Below are positions 1-14,515 of a stretch of DNA of 64,000 bases, piece after piece. The DNA is from Paecilomyces variotii (taxonomy: Eukaryota), in the NCBI GenBank assembly GCA_004022145.1, contig RCNU01000008.1. One strand, written 5' to 3'. The notes below the pieces were generated by a model, which ran no database searches, had not been told where the DNA came from, and worked only from the letters and a program-made list of their open reading frames with translations. Both the position numbers and the translations under genes were made by a program. How positions within the stretch are numbered: position 1 is the stretch's first letter; every line of letters starts with the position of its first letter.

Positions 1-905
1 TCTGAGACGACCATCCCGTCTTTTTATCTAATGCTCGGTGTTAGTGCCCTATTTGGGAATAACCTTACTATATAAAGAACCAACTGCATAATAATTAAAT
101 TATTATTCTTGGAGTGGAGAATGCAAGTGAAGTAAATAACTGCGCGCATACTTCTAGAGGACAGACTATGTAGTTGGGAAGTAAACAATAACCACCGCAG
201 TTCTCGATATAGGGAAACTGGATATGTTCGACATATCTATTCGAGGGAAGACTTGAAATGTAACTACTACCTGGGAGTTTTTATCATACACAAAATATCG
301 CCCTCTTAAACGCCGTTTCCATTACTTGTCGGCGTTGTGGTTTATGGATACATGGATAGTGTGTAAGTATATATTTTGATGGGAAGAGTCTTCCACATAT
401 TTGCCACATCCATGTCCGCACCATTTTCTTCTCAAATCTCAGTAATTCATGCACTTGCCAGATTAGCGCCCCTGTTAATCGTTTCTTCTATTAGACAATG
501 ACATTAAGTGATGCTCAGATATCCTTGGACTTTGGGATTCCTTGGGCTCTGGTTCTTGAATAAAATCTCATTTTTCTATAAACAATTTGTGGGTATCCTG
601 TACTCTGTATGTGCTGGAGCTATCTGCCTGTGATCTAACGTTGAAAAAAAGAAAAGATAACAGCGATGAGATCAGCCAATGGCTGAATGTAATTATAGGG
701 GGGGTTGAATATTCTTTCTCCTGCAGAAGTCTCTTGCTCATCTAGAAAGCATGATGCCAGTTTCAGACGCTGATGATTGTTACGTTACGCCTTCATGGCG
801 CGACGGCCGAGGGATGGCTATTGTTGCTGTCCCGTGTTAGTCCCCATCACATCGGCTTCGAAATATAATAATAGCATTTCGCTAGATCTCTCGATGGGTC
901 TTGTC

Positions 906-3885
906 TTAGACTGGCGAAGTTGACAGCAGAGCATCAGTCTGATGCGACGGACGCTCGTCCTCGACAACCTCAGGTCGCTCTTCCGCTATTCCAGGTAGAT
1001 CGGCCTCCGATCTCCTGACAAAATGACTCGGGGATGCTTCTCGGCTTCGCACTTCGTCTGTCTCGTAGTAAGAATCATCCTCTTCGACATCGTCCAAGAC
1101 ACTTCTCGACCGCCTCATGAAGCCTGGCTCCGGCGACACGATCCTGGGACTAGTAGTACGGCTCGGTCCTCTGGACGAAGTCGACACCGTATCTGGGAGT
1201 GGTGTTCCTCTATCGCTCGACCTTCCACGACATGATGCACTGCGGCCCGTAGGTTGACTGTGACTATGCCTGCTGTCGCTCCAACCCTCCCCAGTTCGAT
1301 TATCTTCTGTCCACAGCTCAAATTCGCGACTGCTCCAGCTTGCGCGCGACGGTCGTGCACCGTATGGCAAACTAGAGTAGCTGACCTGAGACCGGAGCGA
1401 CATGGACCGCCTATGATTTCTCGATGGAACGCGTTGATCATCCTCAGACATAGATGCATGAGACATATCCAGACTCTGCTTTTGTACAATATTGTCCTCG
1501 TCCTCATCCTCGATCTTAGGAACACGGTGCACGATACCCACGTTAAATGAGGGTTCTTTTGGACCTTCATCGACTGGTGGAGGTGGCGGCGGTGGTGGAG
1601 GTAGATCTGCAGCTGCTTTCTCGACATGGTTAAGATATTTTGTCCGCAACGGCAGCCAGCTTCGTGGTCTGAATTGTTCCTTTTCCTTGTAGCGTGTAAC
1701 GGATATGTAGCTTGAGATAGCTCCCATGACGATGGCGATAAGGAGAAAGATTGTCAGCACCCCCTGAATGACAATGATGACAATACCAATGACGGTGGCG
1801 ATGATGCGGCTAATATTGAATCGAGGATCAAATGCTGAGGATAGGGCCACTGTAGAGACCTTGCTGAATCCAAGGAAGTACACCATCATCGCATTGAGAC
1901 GAATTGCCTCGAAGGGTCTCATCCAGATCATAGCGATGAGAGCAATGAACTCGACCGCAAGGTTCCCAAAGACCTGAGTCATGGCGTGGCCAGCAGCTGC
2001 ACCAAAGAAGCAAGCGCGCACAAATTCATACAGAAGCCATATTCCAAAGAAAAACCATCTGGTTCTCCGAAAACGAGCAAAGAGCCAGCCGAATCTTTTC
2101 AGGTAATCCTCATCTTCATGGACAGACTTTTCGGACACAGCAGAAAAGTGTATCCTCCACCATGGTAGCGAGCCTGAAAAAGAAACCTGTGTCTCTTTCT
2201 CATCAAGTTGGCTTTTGCGATGCACACTCCACCAGGGTACACAACACAGAACTGTCCTCCGCTTAAACAATAGTCTATCTGGCTCTGATATGAGTTTCCC
2301 GGCCTTTAGTCGATAGTAGAAAGCGTATCCTGCCGCAATCCACACACCGCCCAGAAATAATGCGAATACAACGGCTGCGACTGCGGTGACGCCTGCTGAT
2401 CCGCCCAGCGTGAACTGGAATAATGCGAGGAAAATCATCATATAGAAAGCAATAAGGACAGTCCTCAGCAAAGCGGCTGCAAGGAAACTCAGCCAGTGAC
2501 TACGAAAGTATGAGAGTCTCTCGGTCTTGGTAAGCTTGCAGCGAATCAGCAATTCGATGGTCAATTTTAGCATGATAATTGTTACAGCGACTCCGGCGAA
2601 CAAGATCAGGAACCAGATCAGGCCGGTCATGAAAGCATTCGATGCGGGGATATTTTCCTCTGCGAGAGTGCCCGCAAAACCAGAAAAGTTTCCAGGCAGT
2701 GGTAGGCCTGGTTTCACTGGAGAGCCATGCCAAGGATAGACATCCGTAGCGTTAGAATCCGCACGCTTGCTCAATGCATGACCTAGTCCTCGTTTGTATA
2801 TCTGTGAGATGTCGTATCCACCTCCCACATCGCTCACAGTGGTCCCGGCAGCTGCAGCACCGACGACACTGATATTACCCTTATTGCTTCCAAGGAACTG
2901 ATTGATCGAGTTCTGCATTTGTTCGACGTATATGAATCCGGCTGCCCACGCATAATTCGACCAAAAAGCAACAAGAACACTGGGCCAATTCATTGACAAG
3001 GCACCTGTGAAGTAGATATGGTGGAAGACAGCGAAGACCACCAGAATCGAGATCGAATGTGCGTAGTGATTTCGCGTCGAGCCAACATCGGAGCCATAAA
3101 TCGCCACTAGAATCGAGGAGACCAGTGCTATCACTGTGAAAGCACCCAGGGTGCTGCCAACGGCAGCCGGGTGTCCAAATGAAGCGCCGTTCGTTAATAC
3201 AGCGGAATAGCAGCCGATTTGCGACTCAGTCAAATTTGAGAAGACCCGTAAGATGGCCTGACCTTCGAAATCAGGAATGCTGAAAGCTATTGACGGTATG
3301 ACGGAGAGCTGAGCTTCACCAATTGGGATAATGCCATTGGCTTGGATTGGGACACTGGCATTCATGGGACATAGACTGTAAGCTTGTTAGAATCTCAATT
3401 GCCCTTTTTGGATTAGAAAGAGGAGACAGAGGCGGATGTCAGACCTTGCGATGTTGGCAGAGCAGGGGTTAAACGTCAGGGTCAGTCTGCTTTCACCATA
3501 TGCGAAAACACCAATGTAAACTACATCAATGTCAGTCCCCTTGAAACTTCGCCATTGAATGCCTGAAAAACTGACGCATCACGTTGTCTTGCGGGATTGA
3601 AGTCTGGCCCTCGAAATTGAAGGTTACCGTCATATTGTCCTTATAGAATGCTCCGTCGAAGCGGGTCACATTGATCAAGGAATTCCCTTGACAATCACCG
3701 AAATCCTGCGTATATAACGCAGGCCGCCTGTTCACAGGAAGTTCGATAGTGTTGCCCTCTGCATCCACCGCCGTGACATATTGAGGTTGCTGTGCTATCG
3801 ACAGTTGACCGAAAGAAATGAAGGCAACGAAAAACAGAACCCAACGCCATGATAAAGCCGAAAAGGAAACTCGTAAACGGGTCAT
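906..3885 (-). CDS. TRP-like / flavin-carrier (FLC/Pkd2 family) membrane protein with N-terminal ML-like lumenal domain
   Basis: Exons ~3885-3576, 3520-3445, 3375-906 with GT-AG introns. Signal peptide, 'RPALYTQDFGDC...INVTRFDGAFYKDNMTVTF' ML-like segment, 'GALSMNWPSVLVAFWSNYAW' family motif, many TM helices, and a long disordered C-tail. Confidence 0.85.
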
Positions 3886-6498
3886 GATTCAGTCTGTGAT
3901 GAGAGAACTGCGAGCCGTCAAGGCTCCAGCTGCGCTGAGTGTGTCGCTTCGTTTGTGTGACTTGGTGCGGGGTGTAGCGGAAAGCGGTCTGGATATTGTC
4001 TATTTGCGAGATAAAACCAATGTCTGCTTTCTATCACAACACTCCAAGAGACATTGTTGTCCAGTGTCTGCTTCACTCCTGCGCTTCACTGTCTTTGAAA
4101 CCCTAGGAAGATGATAAGGACCGCCGTCCTTTTGGGTCTTGTTCGGTTCTGCATATAGCGGGTTGTCCGCTATCAGTGACAACACAGCGGGGAGTTTTTG
4201 AGATGATCTTCAGCACGTCAGAGCGATCTTGTCACTGGTGACTTGCAGATACAACAGGGCGATGGAAGCTTCAACAAGGCAGTTCAGGGCCAGCTAGTAG
4301 TCTTTTGAATGGGAGCACATGGTAAGCTGTCCGCTCACCAGTGGAAGAGACACTCAAAAGAGAGACAAACGGCGCTCCGGCCCGATACCACCTCCACTTC
4401 ACCTGCCAGTATTTACCTCCGTACTAATAGTGAATTTTAGTGAACGACTTGACGCTTACCAGCAGAGCAAAAGAAGGCGACTAGGTGTCGATGCCCCACT
4501 GATGGTGCCCGACCGCTCTCTTGTCTCCGATAGTGAGACTTGGAGGATGGGATATTCGGTATCAGCTTATCAGATACGACGAAGATCCTGCAGGTGAGCA
4601 CAGCGACAGCAAGACTTGCACAGAGAGTGGGCGATCCCCCGGGGTGTCGACATCAGGCATATTATTATTGCCATTGCGCCTCTACGCAGGATGCTGGGGC
4701 CAGAAAACACAACAAGCCCATAGTCTTACTAGAAAGCGGCTAATCCGAGAGTTACCCAAGGACAAAGTGACTCCTGGCCAGTCATACTCCAGGGAGTCCA
4801 GAGGCACAGAAATTGTTGTCTGGTCGGTCTGTTTTCCGAAGCGAACTAAGCTTGAGATCAGCCAACCTTAATGGTGTTTACTTTCTCGCTTGGCGCCAGG
4901 ATGCACCGTATCTAACCATCTTTATTCTTTCGTTGACAGCTGGCACGATCCATACGAAACCTCTCGTATCAACGAGAATCAGATTAGAGCTTGCTGACCT
5001 GGCTGCAACAGAGAAAAACCGAGAACCTACTCTACATTTTCTGTTCCGATTTCTCTTCTCTTCTTCCCCTGATGATCATTAATTAATTTGCTGAGTGGGC
5101 ACTACGTTCGAGCTATCGACACCGTCTGACCATTGTGGCTCCTAACCGGAACCTGCGGAGACTACTGAGCTTCTAGTGCAGGTCTCGAACCTCGCGTTTT
5201 CCTTCAATCGCCGACCGATCTCAGGAGGATGATCAATCGTTCTACGCCGCACTGTTGTCTGATGCGGCCCTGGAATCCATGGAGAGGTAATATGTAATAA
5301 CGATAACAAAAATAGCTAGAAGAGCACACTACTGGTCTGTGGTTTCTCCGGATGAACGTACTCGAGGCCATGTCTTTCTGATAATTCGATCTGCTGCGAC
5401 ACGTCTCGCTTTCCGCGGACAGGCCCTCACAGAAACCCATTCGGTATGGAGTACGAGTGCGCTCAAACCGTGAGACGAGGCCCATGGAAAAGGTCAACTG
5501 GATGCTAGGCTCTGGAAGAGCCCTTCTTAAACGGTGAACCGCCGTTGGTAGGCACATTGCACTCGCTACGACATACTCGTCGACCCTTTATTATTGACCA
5601 TTTAAAAGTCCAAGTATCCGGCCGGATGTTCTGAGATTTCAGGGTTCAATCAGAGGGAAAGCAGTGAGAAGTGCGATAACCACAGGCGGCAGATTGCCGT
5701 TGATCTTTCATATAAAGCATATCGATGTCGGATGAGATCGACATTCTGAGTCTACTCCGTAACTGTCTGCATAAAAGAGGAAAAACTAAATAGCATTAGA
5801 GGCACGAGGCCTCTATCTAGCCTCCAGAGTTCATTCGGATCTCGGCTTCAGACACTTCCGTCCTCGACAAAACGCCTAGATAGCAGTGCTAGGACACCAG
5901 TTCTAGTAGTCGGCGATACAGTGTACCAGGCACTCAAAAGTTTTGGTCAATAACATTCCCCTGAATCCAGGCAGGCCGAACTTGCCGGAGCATGTGTGAA
6001 ACTCGGTGTCCTCTCAATTACTCGTGTAGTCTACTAACTATCTAGTACTGGAATTTTAAGTTCCGCTGTTTAGATGGCTATGAAAAACTGGTGCTTAGCT
6101 GAACAAACATATCGAAACATGTCCTAGAAAAACAGTTCAATTGTCTCGATCAGGAAGATCCCATGTTGTAAACCTAGTGCATGCACGGTGACCATTGTAT
6201 CACCCGTTTGCAGCAGGTCCTTTGATATGGAAGAGAACTTACTAGATCCATAGGAACCATATCCTTGTCTAACGAGGAGATCGATACGGTAGACTTCTTC
6301 CCAGATCTAGAGTCAAGCAAGTGATTAGTATGATCTGCTAAAGATTTCAAGATACTGTTTGCTTTTGTGCCGGTTCAGATTGGACACAATCATCTAGTGG
6401 GCCATCGATTCATGGTACGTATATGGTAACTTCTATGTTATCATTTACAATGCAAACGCCAAAAAAGCATAATATGCTCAAAGAATTCAGATGGGGCT

Positions 6499-8772
6499 TT
6501 AAGACAGTAATCTCACGCAGCGACCAATGTAATTCTTCACTCGCTCAGTATCCTCCAATGCTGCAATGGCACCGACGTAACCATCGGGCCTGACTGCCAC
6601 AATGGCTCCCTTCTTGGGATCGATTCCATAGGTGGCATACGCATCATCGATGGCGAAGCCGCTGTAGAATCGCATCTCCGAGTGCAGTTTTATCTCAGGA
6701 AGAATATCTTTCCAGTCAAAAACGGCCTGGGGAAGCTTGGGGTGGATGACGATCTGCTCGATCAGGGACGAGGGACTGCGGGAGATGATGGAGGTGCTGA
6801 GAGCAGAAAGAGCTTTGGCGGACTCGCCATGCGGATCGAGGAGGTCGTCCGATGTCAGTACGAGAAGGCGGAAACGACCAGTGGAAGGGAAGTCTGGAAT
6901 CGACGAAGAGCGAGTTAGTTCATACCAGTCTGAATGTTTGCAGATGTTTAGATAAGGCGTGTGTACGTACCGTCTTGCAGGTCACGACGATAGCCGTCCG
7001 CATGTCTCTTCAGCTTGATATTCAGTAGCCTCCTTCCAGGTCGGAGGCATCCGCCTAAGTAATCCGTTCCACTGACGGGGTTCCGGACGTCCTTCGTCAG
7101 AGTCTTCTCAACGGTCACGTTGTCAGGGTATTCAATTCCACAGCCGCTGGTGAAGCCGTTGCCAGTGCTGAAGACTTCGAGAAACTCATCGTGGGACAGT
7201 GCTTTGACACCGCCTTCAGCTGTACCAATCTTACCAGAGAACATGGAAGAGAATGCCCTGTCGAATTCAATGAGCTGCTGAGCGACCGTGTGCCGCTCTG
7301 TGTGATATGTGTCGAGTATAGGGTCTGGGTCGCCAGAAGTGGAGTCTGGTGTAAGGCCATTGACGGCATAGGCAAGCTTCCATGCGAGGTTGTAGGAATC
7401 CATCATGGACACGTTCATTCCTTGTCCAGCCTGAAAAGGAGAGTCAGCACAAGGTCAATTTGATTCTAAAGACATTCTAATTGACATACCTTCGGACTAT
7501 GTGTATGACAGGCTATATAGAGTATTGATTAGCAAGTGACGCATGAACAGAAATATCTCAGACGGTACTAACCATCTCCCGCAATGAACACTCTGTTCAC
7601 GCCCTTCGAATCCTTCACGCTGAACTGGTTTGTAACTCGCTGGCCGATCTGATATGCAGCCCACCAGTCGACTGCACTCTCGCCCTTGGGGCGGATGTAA
7701 TATGGCTTGAAGGCTTCCGCAGCTTGCTCAAAGATACCTTCAAGGGTCACTTGGCTTCTTCGCGCTTTTGCTTCCTCTTTCTGCCGGTCAAGGTCTCCAA
7801 CAGGAGTCTGATCACTGTCTGGTTTCGCAAGACCATCCACCTGGACATAGAGACGAGTCAAGTAGTCACCGGTTGCGATCCGCTCACGCGGAATCACCAT
7901 CACTGACCCCGCTGGGGAATGGATGGCGCAGCGTCTCCGGATATCTGGGAAATCGGTGTCCACGACCAGATCGACCACTCCCCAGATATGGTCTGACGAT
8001 TCACCTTCCAGCTTGAGACCCATGCTTCGTCGCACGGCCGAATGTGCTCCATCCGCTCCTACCAGATACTTCGAGCGCACCGTCCTGCGGTGTCCCTCGG
8101 TCTCAATCTCTGCCACGACGGGGTACTCGGGGTCACCGTTCTCGTCGATCTGGACGTCGACCACCTTGCTGTTCCTTTGCACTCCTCGCTTGGAATATCG
8201 GAGCAAATCCGTCTCCAAGATTCGTTCAATCCTTCCTTGATGGATGGTAACCTCATGAGGGAATCTGGAAGGAACCGCAACATCCGGTACAATTGACGTC
8301 CTCTCAATGATCTTGTCTTTGTCCTCCGACGGGTTCCAGAAGGCGACCTCCCACATTTGACATCCTTCGCACAAGATCTCGTCCGAGAGACCCAGGGACT
8401 TCAGAACTTCGAGCGTGCGTGGTTGAAGTCCATCCGCCTGTCCAGACTTGAGGGTACCCGGTTTCGAATCGACACAGAGGAGAGAGTCATCGTCAAGGCC
8501 ATACCGGGCAAGCAGCAAGTTCAGCATCAAACCGGCGGGACCAGCCTGTTATCCATCACATAAAGCGTGAGCAGAATCTATTTTCATAATTTTTTCTGGC
8601 CATGTTCGAGAAACGGGTACACATGTTTGCTTACCCCGGAAATAACGACTTCATACTTCTCTTGCTGGCCCTTTGATGCTGGCTTGGGCGAAAGGCGGGG
8701 CAATGGAGGGGCAAATGAAGGGAGAACTCTCAACTCGCGAGATGAAAAGGAATACTCAGTGAACAGAGGCAT
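6499..8772 (-). CDS. FAD-dependent phenol 2-monooxygenase (phenol hydroxylase family)
   Basis: Spliced model gives YEVVISGAGPAGLM (Rossmann), [43 protein letters not shown] (via a 23-nt exon at 7512-7490) and C-terminal thioredoxin-like 'VAVRPDGYVG'. Stop TAA at 6501-6499. Confidence 0.9.
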
Positions 8773-9648
8773 TGTTGGCGATGAAGTTCACAGATGGTGC
8801 TTTAATTATTCAACACGCGGTTTCGACTGCCAACTGGGCAACAGTGTACGGCCTTGCGACTTTCTGGATTCACTTTAAGATGTCAGAGGGGCGCCCTTTT
8901 GATGTGAACCCCGGTCTACGAGCCTAATTTCTCCAGACTCCACAACTAAGGGGGTTGAGCTATTATCCAGATTATCAATTGCTTAGAAACAGACTTGTCC
9001 AGTTAACTAGTTATCTTGAATGCGCACACGTCGCGGTGTTTCTAGAGACGGCGGTCACGGGACTCGACTTTGCTCCGAAACGCCAAAATCCTTCGATTTG
9101 TTGGACTTTAATAATGCTGTGTCAGCGACTCACGCAGGATGAAGATCCCCCGCTTTTGCTCGTTTCGCTGGCGCTCCCTCGGCTGATGCAGTTGGTTGCC
9201 AATCGTTGGTTAGGGGAATTCCCGAGTGCCTGTGAATCTGCCTTCGCCGTGCATTAGTTCTGTGGGCGGCTCCTTGCGACTAGTGGGATCTGTTCCTTTC
9301 CCGTTTCTGACGTGTATTAACATGGAAAGAAACACCACAGGAGACGACTTTGCTCCATTGTCAGTGAGGCCACAACAGTGCTGTCTCTCTCTGGGGTATG
9401 TGGGACGAGGTTTACGTGAAGGAGAATACGCCGCCCCGGCACAGACGGCTACTTCTTGCTTCCTTTTCAGACCGTTTACCTGACATGCGCACTCGAGTAT
9501 AAAGCAGCAACACAAGCAGAAAGGCCTGGAATCGTGAAATGAGGTTATTTCCGGTATTATTTCTCGATGACCCGAAAATAGCCCCGCAAAGCAAGATCTC
9601 CGCATTGTGGGGTAAATCGGTCTTGAGGAAAGTTTGAGAACGGTGAAG

Positions 9649-9664
9649 GGGGTTATCCCGGAGT
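9649..9664 (+). promoter_or_regulatory. Candidate regulator-binding site GGGGTTATCCCGGAGT in the divergent phenol-monooxygenase/BVMO promoter
   Basis: 15/16 identical to GGGGTTATTCCGGAGT at 18900-18915 upstream of the SDR. Fits the GGGG-N5-CCG pattern. Confidence 0.45.
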
Positions 9665-10070
9665 CCACGATGTGTTCGTTGGAAGCTATAGACTCAATAT
9701 TGGAATTAGCGGAGGGCTATGACCGTACTGAGCTCCGCCATCCTCCCCGAGATGTCTGCATTTCCCGCTGCTGTCTTTGATCGTTGAAAGCCATGACAAT
9801 TGTATTCGGCCTGTCTAGCAAGAATGGGCGTTGAGTGGCTGATTTAAGTACTGAGACTACTGATCGTCAAGTAGCGACATGGGCGCCATCTTGCTAACAA
9901 AGGATAAACGGTGGACCTGAAATAGTGGGCTGAAGCGTTACATTTATATACCGTTATAGCCACGCTTGTGGTTGTCATCGTTGTCTCCATGGTGTTTTCA
10001 AAGAGCCATTACTTTTGTTCAGAAACATAACATACCGAGTTCAGTGATATCTGTGACACCCTGTGAAGTA

Positions 10071-12246
10071 ATGCCTTCAATACGTCGTCTCTCCAGCCTC
10101 TTTGGGGCCTCCCGGAATGGTACCCCCGCAAAAGTCGACGAAGCTCCTCAGACTCTCGAGACGGAAGAGAAATGGGTTCTGGAAGATCGTTCCGCTGATG
10201 AATACCGACCTTTGCGGGTTATTGTCATGGGTGCAGGCATTTCAGGAATCTTGTCCATCATCAGACTGACCCAGCGAATTCCAAATCTGGACCTGTGTGT
10301 CTATGAGAAGAACGCTGATGTTGGCGGCACCTGGTATGAAAACAGGTATCCCGGTTGTGCATGCGGTATGTTTCTCAGCTTGTCTTTCAATATGTTCAGG
10401 GATTGACATTATGTGCTGTATGAAGATATTCCTGCACATACGTACCAAGCCACTTTTGCACCCAATGTGGAATGGTCGCAGTTCTATGCATCTTCGAAGG
10501 AAATTCACCGATACTGGAAGGGCATTGCCCGAAAGTACGGCTGCATGAAGTACATCAAATTGAAACAGAAAGTGGTGGACGCGCGTTGGGACGACGAAAA
10601 GTCGAAATGGATAATTCAGGTTGGTTGTCTCACGTCCTAGAGATGATCCTGAGTGCTCATGAACAATAGGTCGAGGACGTCGAGTCTGGGTCCAGAACGC
10701 GGGATTCCTGTGACGTTCTTATTTCCGGCACCGGTGCTCTGAATGACTGGAAATGGCCGAAGATTCCCGGGTTGCATGATTTCAAAGGCAAGCTGATGCA
10801 CAGTGCGAAGTGGGACGAGGGCTACGATTATAAGGTAATCTCATTTCATCATGAGGATATATCCCCCAGAATGAATCGCTAATATCGTTACAGGGGAAGA
10901 GAGTGGCCGTAATAGGCAATGGATCGAGTGGTATCCAAATTGTTCCTGCTATGCTTCCCGATGTGACACACATCGATCACTATATCCGCGGAAGAACATG
11001 GGTGTCCCCAACATTTGCGCGCGACCAAATCGACAAGAGAGGCTCCAATCTAGAGAATTGTAAGCACGATGGCAAGTTCTCTATTCCCCTAGTTTGCTAA
11101 CAACCGACATAGTCTCTTTCACTGCCGAAGAAATCGAGACATTCAAGAAGAGACCGGAAGTCTATCAAAAATTTCGGAAAGGTAAGTTGCTATTGCTCTA
11201 GTGATGACGGTCATGCTAACTTGCTCTCAGAGATCGAGCTGGAACTCCAATCCGTCCATGGCGTGACAATAAATGGCACGGCCGAGCAGCTCGGGGCCCG
11301 GGAGGCCTTTCTACAGAATATGAAGCGACGATTGTCGAAGAAGCCAGAGCTTCTAGACGAGATGCTGCCATCGTTCCCTCCTGGCTGCCGCAGGCTCACG
11401 CCTGGGCCTGGCTACCTGGAGGCTCTTACAGACGATAAAGTCGACGTCATAACTTCAGAAATCGTCAAGGTTGATGAGACCGGCATCACCACTGCGGACG
11501 GAAAACATCGTCCCATAGACGTCCTGGTGTGCGCGACAGGGTTCGACACAACCTTCACCCCGCGTTTTCCGATGGTTGGACGGAATGGCATCTCGCTTGC
11601 TGATAAGTGGAAGAAAATCCCCGAGACGTACCTTGCTTTGGCTACGGATGACTTCCCGAACTACTTTATCTCTTTGGGCCCAAATGCAGGATTAGGAGAT
11701 GGCAGTCTGCTACTTGTTATAGAAAAGGAGATAGACTACTTCACAGAATGTGTCGCCAAGATGCAGCGTGACAACATCCGAGCCATGACTCCCCGAAGAG
11801 AAGCAGTCGAGCGCTTCACCACGTATTGCGATAATTACTTCTCTCGGACCGTATTCGCCAATAAGTGTCGAAGCTGGTACAAAGGTGGAACCGAGGACGG
11901 ACGAATCAATGCCTTGTGGCCAGGTAATTCTTTTCCCTTTGGCGCTCGTGTAACATAACAGAGTGCACTGTTCTTATAATGTGGTTACTGACAGTCTACA
12001 TCAGGATCCTCACTACATGCCATGAAGATCCTGGCTCATCCACGCTGGGAGGACTTTGAATACCAATACGTCAACAATAACCCTAACGGTTGGATCGGCG
12101 ATGGTTGGACGCAGGCCGAGAAAGATAAGACCGTTGACGTTGATTACTTGGACGACGATAAGATTGATTTCCCAGTACCAGTTGCCCAAGATGATGCCCC
12201 TGTTGAACACACGAATGGGGTGTTAGGGACGAATGGCGTCCACTAA
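10071..12246 (+). CDS. Type I Baeyer-Villiger / flavin-containing monooxygenase
   Basis: Multi-exon. GAGISG, GGTWYENRYPGCACDIP, BVMO fingerprint FKGKLMHSAKWD (~10780-10816), second Rossmann VAVIGNGSSGIQ, CRRLTPGPGYLEAL, ATGFD and CRSWYK...LWPG. Confidence 0.9.
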
Positions 12247-13680
12247 TTTCATGGCTGGCTTTCGTTCTATCTCATGAACACGTCGAAATTCAAATTTCGC
12301 TTGCATATATCCTTGCTGGTCTTCAGCTCAACAGTTCACTTTATATATGTAGAACATTAATATATATATCTATCGCCATCACCGCTTGTCGTGCCTGCAG
12401 TAGTGGTAGCTGTACGCGACTTGGCGATTACTGATCTGCGGTAATTGGTGAAGGCCGGAGGATCTTCTTGTCTTTAATCGCGGAAGAAGACATAATTAAT
12501 GATATGTCTTGTTTTGCCATGTTAGAAAGTTCTTCCTCGGTAGGATTAGATGTTGCGAGTTTACTGAGTTTACTGCATGATGCATAGTACGTAAAACATG
12601 CGAATACTTTATGATTTTGCTGAACCGGCGGAGTACTTATTGGACCTTTGTTTTTCATTAACTGTAGTTTATAACTATACCCCAGGCTCAATTTTCTAGG
12701 AGAACGAGCGAACCACCGGTAGATAATTACGACAGTTAAGTTAGTTAACTAGTTACGTGAGAATTATTATATAATTAGAGGCTTTGAGTTGAAGAAAAAA
12801 AAAAAATCAAGAAATGTCCAGATCAATTGGCTGGGTAGCGGCCGTTGCTAGTGCGCTGGATCCCCAGTTCTGCTTCACCGGAGAAGAAAAGTATGCCCAC
12901 TCGGTGTCCTGATCTGGAAAGAGATAGTCTGCTAATTACTAGTAGGCCATGGAGTGTGGACTAGACTATTAAAGATAATAATGAATAATAATGTGACGAG
13001 CAAATTATACAAACTGCTTTGGAGAGAAAATGGATTTGTTACCTAATTATTCCGAGAGGAGTGGCAGAGTTGTAAGTGATTCTTCAGTATGTCGTGTGTT
13101 ATTTTGTTCCTGGTAACTTGGATAACTAATATGGGACGCGGAATGGAAGATAATAATGTATAAACATATTATTATTATTGACGGCTCCATGCATAGAGTG
13201 ATGATGGATGTAGATCTTAGCTCACTTGAGGCAATGGGCGAATTTACGGTTTTCCGCGCGCATGAAATGATACGAATATGACCTCACGTTGAATTGTGTT
13301 GCAGTTTCAGCATCCATCGAAGCTTTTCTCCTCACTGCGCTGAGGGACGAAAGAAAATGCCATATAGTCTGGTACGGATGAAAAGACAAGTATTGCTTTT
13401 CCCCGGGAAGATGACGCTCGTTGCAACAGGTGGAATATCCTCCAATTCCGGTCTGACAGCGGTGTAACTAGACTTCGCCCCGGACCATAGGGTTAGCCGG
13501 GGGGTTTCCTCTCCATATCAGGGTTGTAATGTCAACCAGGTTCGGTTCTGTGGACGGGGATATCCTTCCTCTCAAGAATGATTTGATCCTGCGTGGAGGA
13601 ATAATACATAGAGATTGTTTCCTTTTGAACCTCCTCTCGATGCCCCGCAAGAACGCGATCATTAACCTCGGGTAATCAAT

Positions 13681-13700
13681 TCTCTCTCTCTCTCTCTCTC
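13681..13700. repeat. (TC)n microsatellite
   Basis: About 10 TC units. Confidence 0.85.
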
Positions 13701-14515
13701 CAGCACAGTGTGAATGGTGTTCCAGCTAGAGCCTGAGAGCTCGATCCACGGAAGCTTTAACTGTAAAACTGGGTTGAAAGGAATGTGACTGCAGCCGTGA
13801 CATCCGATGATGATGAGGTTAAGCGCATTCTCTCCCCGGTCCTCCACAGCGTCGATACGCCCGGGCGTGCGTTGGACTGCACATCCTCTCCACTAAGTCT
13901 GCTTCTTCGCGCTCTGGCGCCCCCGAACCATGTAATAGTCAGATCTCCACTGTCCAGCGATGCCCTAGCCCAGCCTCAGGAGAACGGGATGTGCAGGTTG
14001 GCACAGCTTGGCTCTGGCACCGGATCCAAGTGGGACTGCAGAGGCAGAAGAAGGCAAAGGAGGGGAAGTGGTCAGGTTGACGGAGCGATGAGAAAAGGAA
14101 GAAAAGAGAGACAGATGCTTGCTTCTGCTCATCATTGTGATTTCTGTCACAGACAATAATAATGAGTTGAGCCAGATCAACATTGTTAAACCAGTATCAT
14201 CATCATCTCCACTCACTATTATCACCGTCTATCATCCCCTTCCTCCGCATTTAGAACCACTCAACTCAACCAAATAATAATCCTCTGCGTTCAGCTGGTG
14301 CATCAGAGACAAATCCGGGGAGACAGACTGCCCTCTTGGTCTGATCCCAACAGTCCAATTTTCTTGCTCCTCCCCGATCGTCCCCTCTCCACTCCAGGAC
14401 CTTTTGCCGCCACGGTCGCTGTCATTCATCATTCTTCTCCCCCAGATTTTCCCCTTACCCCAGATCCCCCCAGCCCAAGGAACTTCCCCCCGATGGGCGC
14501 CTTCCAAACCTCGCC

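Noticed and set aside
5170-5260. B-box-like GGTTCGAGACC on the minus strand suggesting a tRNA
   Set aside because: T-stem pairing is incomplete and no matching acceptor stem or cloverleaf could be built.
4000-6400. Several 60-117 aa ORFs upstream of the TRP-like gene
   Set aside because: No recognisable motifs or consistent splice model. Treated as chance ORFs in a long intergenic region.
12428-13200. AT-rich stretch with an 87-aa minus-strand ORF, possibly a transposon relic
   Set aside because: No terminal repeats, target-site duplication or transposase motifs identifiable by eye.
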